NCBI GenBank assembly: GCA_036172245.1
Contig: JAYWIR010000058.1
Coordinates: forward strand, 186,001-250,000
Direction: 5' to 3'
DNA from: Raillietiella orientalis
Taxonomy: Eukaryota
DNA: 64,000 nucleotides
Shown one piece after another: positions 1 to 12,270 of this stretch (positions within the stretch are counted from its first letter, which is position 1; the number at the start of each line of letters is the position of its first letter). A model generated the notes under the pieces. That model was given only the letters and a program-made list of their open reading frames with translations, was not told the origin of the DNA and did not search any database. A program made the translations under genes and the position numbers.

Positions 1-1430
1 ATGAACAAGGTAGCATCCTTTGCTACCAAAGGGAGCAAAGGATAAGGGCTTGGTCTGGAAGCGGAGATCATCAGCTACCTGACTTGCGCTGAAGATCTGC
101 TCTTAGTCATGGCTAACGAGCAGCATCAAAAGGAGTCACCGGACCTTTCTCACCCAGTGACAGACGGACTCAGCATGAAGATTGATCCGGCGATTGCATC
201 TGCTACACGTTGTTTTCTATTGGATTTCCTGATACCACTATCCTGCACACTGACACTACACTCTGAGAAGACAAGAAGTGATCCAATACAGCGGCGAAGA
301 TCCCTCCTGGAAGGAAAGGACCAATCGATGGAACGGTGTGCTCTTCACACAAGTTCCCTTTCGACGAGACCTTCCACAACATTCCAGAGAAGGTGGCCAA
401 ACATCACGTCAACTCCCCAAAAGCGGATCCCCAAACCGCGGGTGATGTTCCACGAGTTCCTTTGCCGACGGAGAAAGCAAGCCTGCACCGGTAAGCGGGA
501 GATCGCATCCGCCACCGAGCTCCGGCACTTGCAGCATGTCATGAAGCACGTCGACTTCTGGCACGAATGGCCGCGAGCGTTCCAACAAACACACGCAAGA
601 GGCTGAGCGGAACCGACGGTGGCTGATGTCAACCCTACCCGGACCACCGGGGGAGGGGAGGAAGGAAGATCGTCCCGACCTGGCCGAGGGAACGAAACCC
701 AGTCGGAGGCTCCAGAGGGAAAATCGTCCCGAAAAGAAGGGAAAGCCCGGAGAGAGGAAGCTGTCCTTGGCAACTCGGTTTTATTCATGAGCAAGAGTTT
801 CGTGGGTCACCGGGAGAGGAAGACAAAACTGGCCATCCACTGCGAGCACCATTGGGAACACCCAGGAAGTGCGAGTGTACGCCGGACGCAGGAATGGATG
901 ACCCGCGAAACCCGCGAACTCTGGAAAGCTCCGGGCTCGCCGTGGATCCAGCAAGCTCCGCCTCCGAGCTCTGGCGGACCACGGACAGCTGCATGTTGCC
1001 GCAGCGGAAGCCACGGGGAAGGCGTGGACACGGCTTGGACAACCTGACAGCCGTCGGGACGGTCCTCCGAACTGTTCGTTTCCAAACGTCCAGGATTGGC
1101 CTGCTGATGCCCTCTCGCAGAGGGTCCCCTTGCGGCACGAGGCTTCGCCACCGGACGGGGAACTCCGATGGTGGACGATGCGCCCGTTGTGCGGGAGCGC
1201 GGAAGACGACCGATCCAAGCCCGTTCACTTGCCGAACTCCACTCTAGGATTGCAGAACGATCGAGTACGCCAAGCAGGAAAGAACACGGCCCAAGCTTGG
1301 AGATCCTTCGGGGACTCTTGGAGGACAGGGAATAGTCCCATTCGAGGTCATCCCCAGTTGAGGATCTTCCTTTCCTTCTAGGCTTTAGCATTCCCATGGG
1401 GAGCACCGAGACACGGATCTGCGCTCAAGG
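1..1430 (+). mobile_element. Decayed non-LTR retrotransposon ORF2, 3' part (RT C-terminal half to zinc knuckle)
   Basis: Frame 1 reads IISYLTCAEDLLLV...GLSMKIDP, resembling the LINE RT motif YADDxxL...GLxINxxK. CARCAGARKTTDPSPFTC near 1180-1235 resembles a CCHC knuckle. Stops and frameshifts throughout; boundaries approximate. Confidence 0.55.
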
Positions 1431-2149
1431 TGGCAGCACGGGACGTCCCGATGGGCTTACCGAGCGGAGAAGTTGGCACCCGAGGAGTGCGGGTGAGTCC
1501 CAGCTTTGACCACACTTTTCACTATCAAAATGATGCGAGAAGCATTGCTCGAGGTTCAGTTGTCAAAGTGTGGTACAGCGTGGTGAGAGCGTATTTATCC
1601 AAGAGATGCGGTGAAAAGGTTGCCAAAACTCCGTTCAAGCTCTGTGAGATGGTAGTCTGAACCAGCCAATTTCCTCAGCCTCTTGCTGGACTGGGGAAAA
1701 TCAAATGAAGAAAACAAAGCAAAGGGGCCAAACGAGGGCAGTGACTCTTGCTCTACAGGGTTGGTTGCAATTTTGCTCCTAATCATGTGAGCATCAATTC
1801 GTCATCCGGAAACCTTTGCGAGTGATAAGTATGTAAGCTCTGGCTCTGGTGCCATGGGCAATGCACAGGCCTGGGAGGGCCCACAGAGAGTAAAGCAGCG
1901 GAGAGGAATGGAGCGGTAGGAGTAGGTGTACTCCTACTCGAATGCCTGCTAGTTAGTCCGGATGCCGACGCTGAGCACCTCCCAGCTTGGGATAATTGTT
2001 CCAGAAATTCTGGTAAGCATCGGATAGTTCGGCCCCCCCGCCCCATCTCCAACGACGGAGTGCAGCTGTTGTGGAGGATGATGAGGAGAATGGAATCTCT
2101 TATCGGAGCATTGATGGCGCGAAGTGTATGCTTCCTTGAACATCTGAAG

Positions 2150-2580
2150 ATGAAGAAGTGGCCAAGTGGTCTCTCTTCTAAGATTTTCCCATGGAAAATG
2201 AGCCACATCTCGCACGGGGATGACGAGGTTTGGTTTTGCTGGATACAGGTAGCTCCATCAAGAATTCATCCTCCCGTTCAGAACGCCCCGACCATCGGTG
2301 ATTCTTTCATGATGAGCTCCTTACGACTAGTTCATGACGTCATTTGCCTCAGATTACTCGAAATTGGTTCACCTATCAGCAGTCATCAGTAATCAAGATG
2401 GAAGCTCTCTCCGGTAGGCATCAAATGTCTTTCACCCCGGATCTCATCCGAACCATCCCTTGCATGTTGCACTGAACCCAACCCCATCCCGTACACAACT
2501 TACCCAGAATCTCCCTCTGAACCAAAGTGAGCGGCACTCGAAAGCACCATGACGATCTCAGCACCCTTCTCGCTGGTTTT
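2150..2580 (-). mobile_element. Possible decayed Ty3/Gypsy integrase fragment
   Basis: Minus strand reads RVPLTLVQREILGKLCTGWG...MRSGVKDI, resembling the integrase zinc-binding segment (IPxxLxxEILxxLHxGHxG...WPGxxKDI). Key residues are lost. Confidence 0.3.
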
Positions 2581-5500
2581 TGATCCAAAACCTTTTTAGT
2601 CCTTTCTTGCCGAGAGGCCTCCTGTCACTTCGAAGATGCAGAGGAATTCTGCCGACTCCATTCTTGCAGTGTTTTCAGTCGAAGGCGGACTGCCGCTACA
2701 AGTCTGCTCCTCTGTCGGAGGGAGAGAGATCCCTGCAGTGTTATCTAAGAGATAACACTGCTGGCTTCTGTGTGAGGATAAAAATTTCCCTGCCGTGCCA
2801 CTCTTTTCAGAGTCAAGATGGCTCCGCCTGACGAAACGTCGCCGGCATCGGGAATGAAGTGCCATTTCTTCTCGCTTTCGATGTCCGAGAACGAAGAATC
2901 GGAAATAGTCGGAAGTAGTTGAGCGTGAGATCCGGGGGACATGGCTGAAGACCTCACGTAGGAGGCGCACTGAAAAGAGATTTCACGGTTTGCATCCTCT
3001 CGAACGAGGTAGAGGCAGCATTCGAAATCGAAAAATCGGATCGTGGCACTCGAGGGTGTCTTTATCAGAACTGAGAACCCAAAGAGCCCAGACAAGGATT
3101 GGTGCTCTGCTGGTAGCTTCACGTTGGGAACAAAGCGAAAGAAAAATGCTCACGAACGGCCTCATCCGTGTTTGGCGTCATCTTCCGGCGTGAGCTGGTG
3201 CGACGAGAAGCCGTCACGCGGGAAAACGAAAAAAGCACGAAAGAATTAGCGCTCTATGCAGGAATCGCCATCGGAAGACGACGACGCATCGAAACGCCTC
3301 AGCAACGGCTGCGCGCGGCTCACGTTCTCTCGGACATCTGTCGGAATGGAAATGCAAACGATTTGGTGGGAAAGGAGTTGAAAGCACAGACTCCTTCCTG
3401 CTGTCAGCTATCCTGAGATCCAGCCATTAGAAAAAATCAATGAGCACTGCCCTGAGGGTGCCGGCACATAAAAACGCCGCCGCCATCACCGCACTCGCAA
3501 AAGTAGAAACGGACCCGCAGCGCAAATGTCAAACGTCTGCAGTGATCTACCGAAGAATAGAACAAACGTCTCACTTAGGGAGGAACGAAGCGAAACTTCA
3601 CCCTCCGCTTCCTGAGCGACCGATCTCCGATCAGCTTTGCTCTTCTTCTCTCTTCCAGTTCATCAGAAGGCTGGGAAAGAATGGGTCCGTTTTATAGTAG
3701 TAACTGCTGAATGCAATATGGGGTTCAGCAGCCTGCAAACAGAGCCCTACAGTCAGGGTACTTGGAATCACTCGAATCGAGTAGGGTCTTAACGAGAGAA
3801 ACGCAAGTCGATTATGGCATGCGCATCAGCAGCAACCATGCCCATGCAACGCTTCCGTAGACAATATTTTACCGTGTCTGGGCAGATTAAAGTCTGTCTG
3901 CCCAATTACCCATCAGGAGTACCTTATGTACCTGATTCAGGAGATGAGAGCCATTTCTGTGCTTCAGAGACATGGAATTTTCATCTCCTGGCGTTTACCA
4001 ACCAAATGAGAACTTGTAAGATGAGAAATCGCCAGCGATTTTCCTAATAGCAACGAGAAGAATGAGACTGCAAATCAAAATCAATCAATTGCTCCTGCAC
4101 CTGCTCACAGAAAGAAAGAAAGCTAAAAAAGAGCATTTCATTGTTCCCATCCTCTAATGACAGAACACTCCTGGAATAATTAGACTGCCGAAATTCCGTG
4201 TGAAGAATTGGAACATTGATTCGGGAGGTTCAAAACCCTTAAAGCTCCTCAAGAAGTTTCCGTGCCAGAAAGTCCCCTTCGTAGATCTGCGTCTAGTGGC
4301 TTGCAATGCGATGAGAGTATGAGAGAATGAAAGTATGAGAGAAACTGGAAACTTCGCACAGCCTTGTACACCAGTAGCAGCCCGAGGCGGAAGTACTACG
4401 AGTAGCCATCCCGAATGTTTGCCTCTCATTCTGTAGGATTGGAGCGCACCTCTTCCCGGGAAGGTGAGCATCGCTCCATAGGCGCTTCCGAGTCTCCATG
4501 TTGAGCCCAGGAGCCTACGAAGTAAGAAAACATCCAGCTCAATGGATTGCCCATATTGCCATCCCGGCAATCGCCGCGTGCCACGCTCGCGGTTGGATCT
4601 GAGGCTGGAAGCGGGATGGATAGCAGCTCACAGTGAGGTCCCAAAGGTTTGCGCGCGAAGAGGAGCAGGGAAAGGAATGGCCCCAGGTGTTTCAGAGAGG
4701 CATCACACCATCACGTGCTTCGCAGTGGCTGTCTCATCGCTGGAGATTCTCCGGCACGTGCGAGGAACCACCAAGATGTAGGAAGAGCGTAGCCGCTGTC
4801 CCAAGGAGCCACCTATGGTCGCCATCACCTACACGCGAGAGGCAAGGAAGTGACCCATCCCAAGGTGAGAGAGACAGGGTTGATGAATGTGGGCAGACCG
4901 CCCCGACACGGGCAGGGAAGGGATAAAAGAGGAGGAAAAGTGCGTTCAACGCTTCTTTATCCCAATCCTGCCAGAATGGGGATCTCTGGAGTCAATCACG
5001 ACGTTGACAACCTGGAGGCCCGTCCATCTCATTCCCGGGTATTTCTTGTTTCCTTCCCTCCCTCCTCTGCGGCCCTCCGCTACTCCCTAGCTCTGTCGTC
5101 AGTGGAGGTACTTCCTTCGCTTTCTCTCCGGCAGATGTGTTTCCTTCTTCAACTGCATCAATTTCACTCATTTATTTTGAAAGAATAGCCCGGAAATCCG
5201 GAATGAGAAGGCTAAGAGCGGTAGGACATTTAGTTTTCAAGTAAACGTACAAGAACGCGGCAGGCCCAGCTTCTTCCGTGGGAAAGTTCGTCTGGGAGGG
5301 AGCGCCGACTTGCAGGTCATCTGCACATTAAGACTGGAGGTAGAGGCGGTGAGCTGATCCATAAGTAAAACCAAAAATGCAAAAGGAACGCGAGGGAAGG
5401 GATGGAGATTTTTTGTTAATGCACCCCAGGTCTTGTAAAGTCTGCGAGAGATGCAGGAATCCTTTTTTGCAGAATTCTTCATGCAGGTAGGGGAGTCTCG

Positions 5501-6819
5501 CCACATCCTTCATCAGCGAAGCTGCCGTATTGTTTCTGGAGAAGCTGCAGTTAGTGGCGTGAGTCACTATGCCGCACACCCGATACCAGATCTTCCTCGC
5601 GGAGGTCGACAGTCCTTCCCAAACGAAGAAAGCTGGGAGCCGAATCACCCTCGACCAGAACCAGGCTCCCACGATCCCTCCCTCTTTCCTCCTTCCACCA
5701 ATTGAAATTCACCTATCGCTCACTGATCTCTCCTGTCTTCCTACGTTTGAAACCGTCTTTGCGAGCGCAGACTTGAGCTCCGAGTCCGTCTGGCACTTCC
5801 ACGTTGCGGAGTGCACGTCCCACTCGCTCTGCTTGTTCGTTTCCATGCGTTCCCTCATCTGCATGGAAACGAACGCCCGCGAATACGAAAGCTTTCTATC
5901 TTCCGGTCACCCCACGCAACGAGCAAACTCTCCGTTGGCGTTTTCCTCGTTGGTTGGCAGCAGCACATTTAAGGCGCGACCGTACCTCGGCAAGGGTTCC
6001 ATTCTGACACCTCATGAGCCACCAGGAGAAAATATTCCACTTGAGAAAGTTCTTACCTGAAGAGTAGTCGATCCTCCTTGCGCAAATCTGCCTTTCAGGG
6101 AACCGAAACGCATGCCTTCCTGCTTTGAGATCCCACATCCCCTCGAGTTATCGATGCGCAATTTTTCGTTTCCTCCAGGAACTGCCCCGCGTAGCGCCTG
6201 CACTGCGAAAACATTCTTTGAAGGGGATACGAGACTTCTTAAGGTCATTTGCTGCTGCAGAGCGAAGATGATTCGAGCATCCTGGCTAGCGGATGCTTAA
6301 TGAAACTTGACCAGGAAGCTGAGCTGGTTCTCCGGTTGTTTCGCCCGGATATTTGGAATGGAAAGCAATAAGAAGCATGCCCTGCTTCTAGACATTGGAA
6401 AACTTCTCTCGGCAGAATCTGCTTCCCTTTGCTACGTCAGGGCCAACACTTAAGTAAAGGAAAGGCAGTCGCTCTTCTGTGAAAGACTCATCCGTGAAGT
6501 TTGAAATGCAAAATGTCCCTCATCGGCTACTCATTTTCCAGCGTGTCCTCGTGCTGCTGTCAATGGGGGCGTTCTTACTCGCCCTCTGCTTCGCTGGATC
6601 CAGTTTCATTGCGAATTCAGGAGAGAGAGGAAACGTAATCAAAACACGACCTCCGGTCGTGAAATCGGTCCTTGAAATCCCTATTTCATATTTGCTTCCT
6701 GATGTCCCTTTATGATTTCTGACTGCGAATCAGCAGAAATAGCACGCCGAAATCTACGAAAGACACGCATTCTAGAGACGCGGCGCCATTAACAGGCTTC
6801 TCTCTTTTAAGAAAACACG

Positions 6820-7560
6820 GCGATGGCATCCATCTTGGCAACGTTATGCACTCTGGCTCTCCTTCTCCCGATGCAGATGCATCTTGCAATCCCTTCAGCA
6901 CTTCCCTCCTTCGCAGCCTTCAGATGTGCCGATATCTGCGTTCACGGGATCCAAACTCTGCCGCGACCGAACCCGCTTCGTGAGTTTCCCTATCGCCATG
7001 TTGGGAGCGTGGGAAACAGCGAAGGCTCGTCTTCACGTAGTCGAGGGAAGCCAGGGCGAAGAGCATGTCGGCGCATGAGTCGACGTCCTCATCCTGATCG
7101 TCAGGATATCCAGGGAAGGCCTTAAGGCGGATGAGCGTTTCACACCCGGTAGCCCCATCTTGCTGGTGCATCAGGTAACAAGCACACAGGATCGTCTCCA
7201 CCCTTCAGAGGGGAGAGTGCCCATAGGGTGTGCGCGCCCCACCACTGCAGTGTGTTGGCGACAGTGGCGACAGTGCCGCCGCAAGTGCTGCTTGAATGCA
7301 GAGTGCTCGCGTCGGCGAGGACAGTGCCCCCCCTCAGGCACCTCGGTTCCTCGATGCTGCTGCGCAGCATCTGCTTCAAAATAACACTCACTTCTCCAGG
7401 CTCACCGGATGCTAACGATTCTCTTCCACATGCCAGCAGCCGCGACGGCCCCAATGCAGAAGAAGTGCGTCCTTCACCCCCCGAGTGCTCTTCATCCACA
7501 TGAGGAGGGCAACAAGATGGCCCACCCCGGGTTGAGTGTTTCAGCGGAACGTTCGGACGA
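6820..7560 (-). mobile_element. Decayed Ty3/Gypsy pol fragment (RNase H to integrase zinc domain)
   Basis: Motif remnants in the expected order on the minus strand: VLADAS; LPDAPAR; TLIRLKAF...CADML; RVWIP*TQISAHLKAAKEG..GIARC...RARV. Broken by frameshifts. Confidence 0.5.
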
Positions 7561-8649
7561 CTGTTGGCACGCCAACCCGACGACGCTCTCTCCTATGCCA
7601 TCCTTGCCTGCCGCAGGCCTTGGACAACTATGCTGAGTTCCGCGGTCTGGACCATCTCTTTCCTTGTTTCTTTGCTGTCCTTTTCTTCACTCTTTCTTAG
7701 TTCCGTCCCCAGAAAGGGTGGTTCCTGTTGGTGCGGACCCCCGTAGGATCAACTACAGTCGTTTGCATTGATTGAACATACGGAGCGGATATTTGGGTCA
7801 CGGGAGCGGGTCACTGTGATCACAGCATGCAAACGGAAGGAGAAAAGTGAGTTCTACTTAGGGGACCCACTGCCTCGCTAGTCGAATACAGCCAGAGTAG
7901 GCAGAGAAGGGAGAAAAGAATGACACAATAAATCCATTAAAAGAAAGCGGGGCTAAGAGAGATAAGGTCAGAGTCATCCCCGTGCGCCTCCCACTTCTCG
8001 TTCGGGAGCTGCAGGTCTCCTCCTCTCCTTGATTCCATCCAAAAGGGTGGTTTCATCTCGTCTCCCCTCTCAACACGGCTGGGGACATTTCCACCCCTTT
8101 TCCCTGCTGTTCTCAATCCGCGCTAGGCGGCGTCCCGTTCTTTACTCCACAGACGCAGAACGTTTTTTGGTCCAGCGGCTGTTCCCCACACGTGAAGAGA
8201 ACCTGAGCGAGTCTCTGGAGGCGCCCTCCGCGGACGAGGCAACCTCCGCGGAACGTGTCTCCATCAGACAAGAGGGAACCACGGTCTGGGAAAAAATGAT
8301 GGATCGATTCCACCTCCCCGCCAAGGGATAGTTAGGAGAAAACGCAGTTCCTCACCTCGAGAACGGCGAAAGAGGACTCACGGCAAGAGCGCAAGAGCGG
8401 GTTGCCGTGTGCTGCTGTCTGAGAGACTACGCCAAACAGTCCCCACATCTTTCGGAGGGATTCGCAGGAGATACGCTCGATGAGGAAGCCCTCCCAGCGT
8501 CTTCGCGCTGCCCGATCACCTAATAATCGGGTCTCTCCCGATTTCCTAACAACGTGCTCCCGGAGCCCTCCTGAGCCCGCATTACGGTGTATCGGATCGG
8601 CAGACAATTTGTCCCAAGCGGCAGAGCAATGGAGGACAAGTAGGCAAGC

Positions 8650-10595
8650 CATCGGGTCAGGACTCGTTCCCTTCAGAGCCCATTAGGAAGAAATCCAGGC
8701 GAAAGCGCTCATCATTCTGGGATCTGAGCTGTATCCATGGCAGCAGGGAAACTGCTGCGAAAGCTTTCTTCTTTCCCAGAATAGTGCACTCCCGGGAGCA
8801 TCTAGAGAAGCAGACTGGTCGTTTAGTATCAAGAAGATCAAGTCTGTCAATCCACCAAGCGGAGCTCTCAACGGATGCCGATCTATCGAGGGCGTGTCTG
8901 GACCACCCCAGTCTGCGAAACGAAGCCGATAAATGCGCAGCCTGCAGCAGTTGAGAAGATCACTGAGGTCGCGCGAGCCAGCTGTGCAGGAACAATCCCA
9001 AAGAACTGCAAGCCTTGGTGGCAAGAAAGAGGCTACAGGGAACACCGACGGGAGATTTGGGAAAATTCGTGCCTAGAGCTACCGAAGGGGAATTCCAGAA
9101 ATGCAGACCTGTCGCTAAAAAAGTCACAACGCAGGGCAACCAACTCACCTGCCGGATGAAGGTCGTAACTCTGACGACTAATCAGGACGAGCCTACTACG
9201 CTCAGAGTAGGAGATTCCATTTATCCGGATCCATCAACTGAAGAGGAAAAATCATTCATCCCACCCACAATCTAGAGAAGGAAAGTGAGACTTTCCTCAC
9301 ACTCTGAATTGGGAAACGTCGTTCGTTGGACGGGGAAAACTTGCTTCGTGCGGAAACCAAGAGGCGTGACACAAGTGACGTCTTCCCAGTCCGCCGTTGC
9401 CGCTGAGCTTGCTCCCCGTGTGGCTAAGGTGCTTGCCAGCACTCGAATTTGGGCAAACCGGAGCCCCGCGCACAGGAGACTCCGAGAACCGTTAAAGTGG
9501 ATGAGCCGTCACGAATCCATCGCACCAACCGAGAAGCTGCATGCCATAGCAGCAGGAAACTTCCCGACGTTGGTGCGGCGCGCGATGACCCCCCAACATC
9601 TACATGCCAGCAGTGGACTTATACGTTGCGCGACCACGGACCCGGGCGTGCCGTTCCGTTCGAATCCGTGAGAACAGCTGCGCGCCCGATATGGGGCCGA
9701 TATGCGGAACTTGAAAACTGGACAGCAGCACTCGTACAGCTTGCGACTGCACACCCTGGTTGGCGCACCCTGAAAGCCGAGGGAACCCTTCCCAGAATCC
9801 CTTCCAAGCACCCACTACCTTTCCCATTTCCGAATTCCAATCGGCCAGTATACACCCTCCAAATGCATACACCTCCGCCGGTGCACTGGAATCACTCGGA
9901 AAATCAGGCTCGGTGACTCGGAACGCTGTCCGCCACTGGGAACACTCCCTTCATCTAAAGCGCACACATGGGATGACAGGATCTAGATGGCCCAAGACAC
10001 TAAGCGCAGCAGGAGACCGCACGCGAGAAGTACGAGGCAACATGCAGGCAGATTTCCTGCTGGAATCCAAAGGAAGTGAACGCGGAAAAGCCTGAATCCA
10101 AGCGCTGATCCCGCGTGCAGTGGTTCACGAAACCAGATTCAAGGCACCAGGAGGAAGGTGTCGAGGTACGGACCCACGGCGGCTTTCCCGAAGCGATGAA
10201 GCAGGACGTTCCTTGTGACCGCACGTCGATTGCAACGTGGCGAGGGAGCGACCGCAGCAGGTTCGGGAGCGACGCGATCCCGCTGCCCGCGAACCCAACC
10301 CAACAGCTCCTGACTGACTGACAGGTCGGCGCTGCTGAACGTCGGAAACGAATCTTCCCGAAGTGAGGTGTTCCCGATTGTCCCGGTCGCAGGGAAGAGC
10401 AACGCTCTTGCAATACTTCGTGTTCCGTCGGCGCTCAAGAACATGTCCCAGCGGGAGTTAGCAGCAGGGATGATGCACGCTTCGCACGGGGTGAACACCG
10501 CCTCCCCGCGCAGTCCGCGGCGTACGGTGTCAGTGAGTGCATTCTGGAAGTGCACATAAACGCGGAGGCGCTCCTGGCACGCGGAGCACCGCGTC
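8650..10595 (+). mobile_element. Decayed LINE ORF2 (endonuclease, RT and knuckle remnants)
   Basis: ALIILG...W...ESFLLSQN (APE-like); ITEVARASCAGTIPKNCKPWW (post-APE PWW motif); RGVTQVT (GVPQGS-like); SPRSPRRTVSVSAFWKC (knuckle-like). Ends at the left arm of the inverted repeat. Confidence 0.5.
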
Positions 10596-10631
10596 CAATG
10601 ATTTCTCTATCGTATTTTTCATACTATCCAT
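10530..10631 (-). pseudogene. Duplicated EXOSC5 5' fragment (12 codons) fused to antisense LINE sequence; 33-aa chimeric ORF
   Basis: Mirror of 34369-34404. Reads MDSMKNTIEKSL, then DAVLRVPGAPPRLCALPECTH* across the junction at 10596/10595. Confidence 0.8.
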
Positions 10632-12180
10632 TCTAACTGTTTTTGATCCTGAACACTTATCGTTTCCTTATCCTTTCTGATACCAACAGATGAGACTTAT
10701 GTCGCAACTACATGATAGAGAATTTACAAAATACATTACAAGTGAAATTATTTTAACAAGAAATTTTTTCAAATTCAGTTCATGGCAAAATCGTCCTCCA
10801 AAATTGCTCGTTCCCAATCCTAATTATTAACAAATGTCTTTCTCAAAAAAGAATGCTATTCATTTTGAAGCTCCGAATTCATATTTTGATGTTTCAATAA
10901 TCGATTTTTCATGAGAAACCAAAGTGAGGGGGTTTATCCCACAAAAACCTCTAGACATAAACCTCAGTGTTTCTCCATGCTCAAGAGCTTAAACAATCAG
11001 AAAATCCCAAGCAATACCGAAGCAGGAGTCACAGCCATACAAAAAATTTGTGTCTGAAGTTACATAAACTACGGAATTTAAACAAGAATTAAACTGACTT
11101 TCTTTCCTTTTTTTTCCCCCGTGTTTTTCTCCACGAACACACAGCCACCGCATCGCTCCGCTCATGCGACCGGGCGCACTGAAATTTCAGTCTTTCCAGC
11201 AATTCACGTTACCAAAGCAGCCTTCAGTTCGGAGCATGGGAGAAAAAAAACAAGTTTTTCTTCTAGAAACCTGATTTCCACATCCGAAGGAGCACACTGC
11301 GTCCTGGGAGCCGCGGCAACTGCCTACTGGTGGCGCAAAGAAATGAGTGGGCGAGCAGCAACTTTGAGGTTTCTCTTTTCGTTTTTTTTCCTTTTTTTCT
11401 ATTCAGATCTTCAGCGCGGTGCAGCACTTTTGGAGGCCGGGAACCGAAGAAGAAACTGAAGAAGACAAACGAGATGAAAGTTTGCAGCGCGCATCGTCGA
11501 GGGGCAGTGCACGCTGGCCGGAACTTCTGTTGCTACCCGGGGGAGGAAGGGGAACCTCCCCTGGTGGTGATTTGGGTAAGTTTAGGGACCGCGACAATCG
11601 CCGTCTCTCCGTCTTCCAGGAGTCGCGCGCCTGGAAGCAATTCATACGGAACCACGCGCCAAAGTAGGCGCGCCGTTGGGCACCTTGAGACAGGTTCGCG
11701 GCTTCAAATTCAATAAATTTTTACAAGGGCGTTCGTCTTTGCTTCATTTCGTGATGTTCACGTAGCGGACACCTGGTCCAGCTGCCTCCGAAAGACAGAG
11801 TCGGATCGGCGCACGACCCGTTCCCGGGTGGCGAGTTCGTCTTGCGGGAAGGGGCCGTAGCGTGGAGCACGGATGTGGCTCCCCTGCTTCGCCTCTTGCA
11901 TTTTGTTTGCCCCTCCCCGAGCACTGCGAAGAAGCGGACCGAGGGGGCCTCGGATCTTGGTGCTCTGAAATCCCGGTGCATCTAGACTTGCGTCGATAGT
12001 CGGGCGCTCTGCATGGCACCCGCAAGGTGGATAAAGGGAGGAAGCCTTCGAAGGGGCCACTCGCAGGGAAAATGTCGGAATTAATGCACCACTTCGTTCG
12101 GAGTTCGAGACGCTGCAGCAGGGAGCCATTTGCCGTTGGCGTGGAGAAACATCTGCATAGAGTTACTGGAGTATACTCGG

Positions 12181-12270
12181 AATGTACATGTACGTACGTG
12201 CAAGTACATGTATGTATGTGTGCATGTCTTTCTGCAACCAGAGTACGCATGTGCGTACGTATGCACGTTG
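12181..12270. repeat. Alternating purine-pyrimidine low-complexity tract (TACA/TACG/TATG); mirror at about 32730-32819
   Basis: atgtacatgtacgtacgtgcaagtacatgtatgtatgtgtgcatg...gtacgcatgtgcgtacgtatgcacgt. Confidence 0.7.

Noticed and set aside
6058..6138. WDLKAGRHAFRF...IDYSSG as a WD40 exon
   Set aside because: It has a good donor but an upstream in-frame stop and a weak acceptor; no further WD repeats seen.
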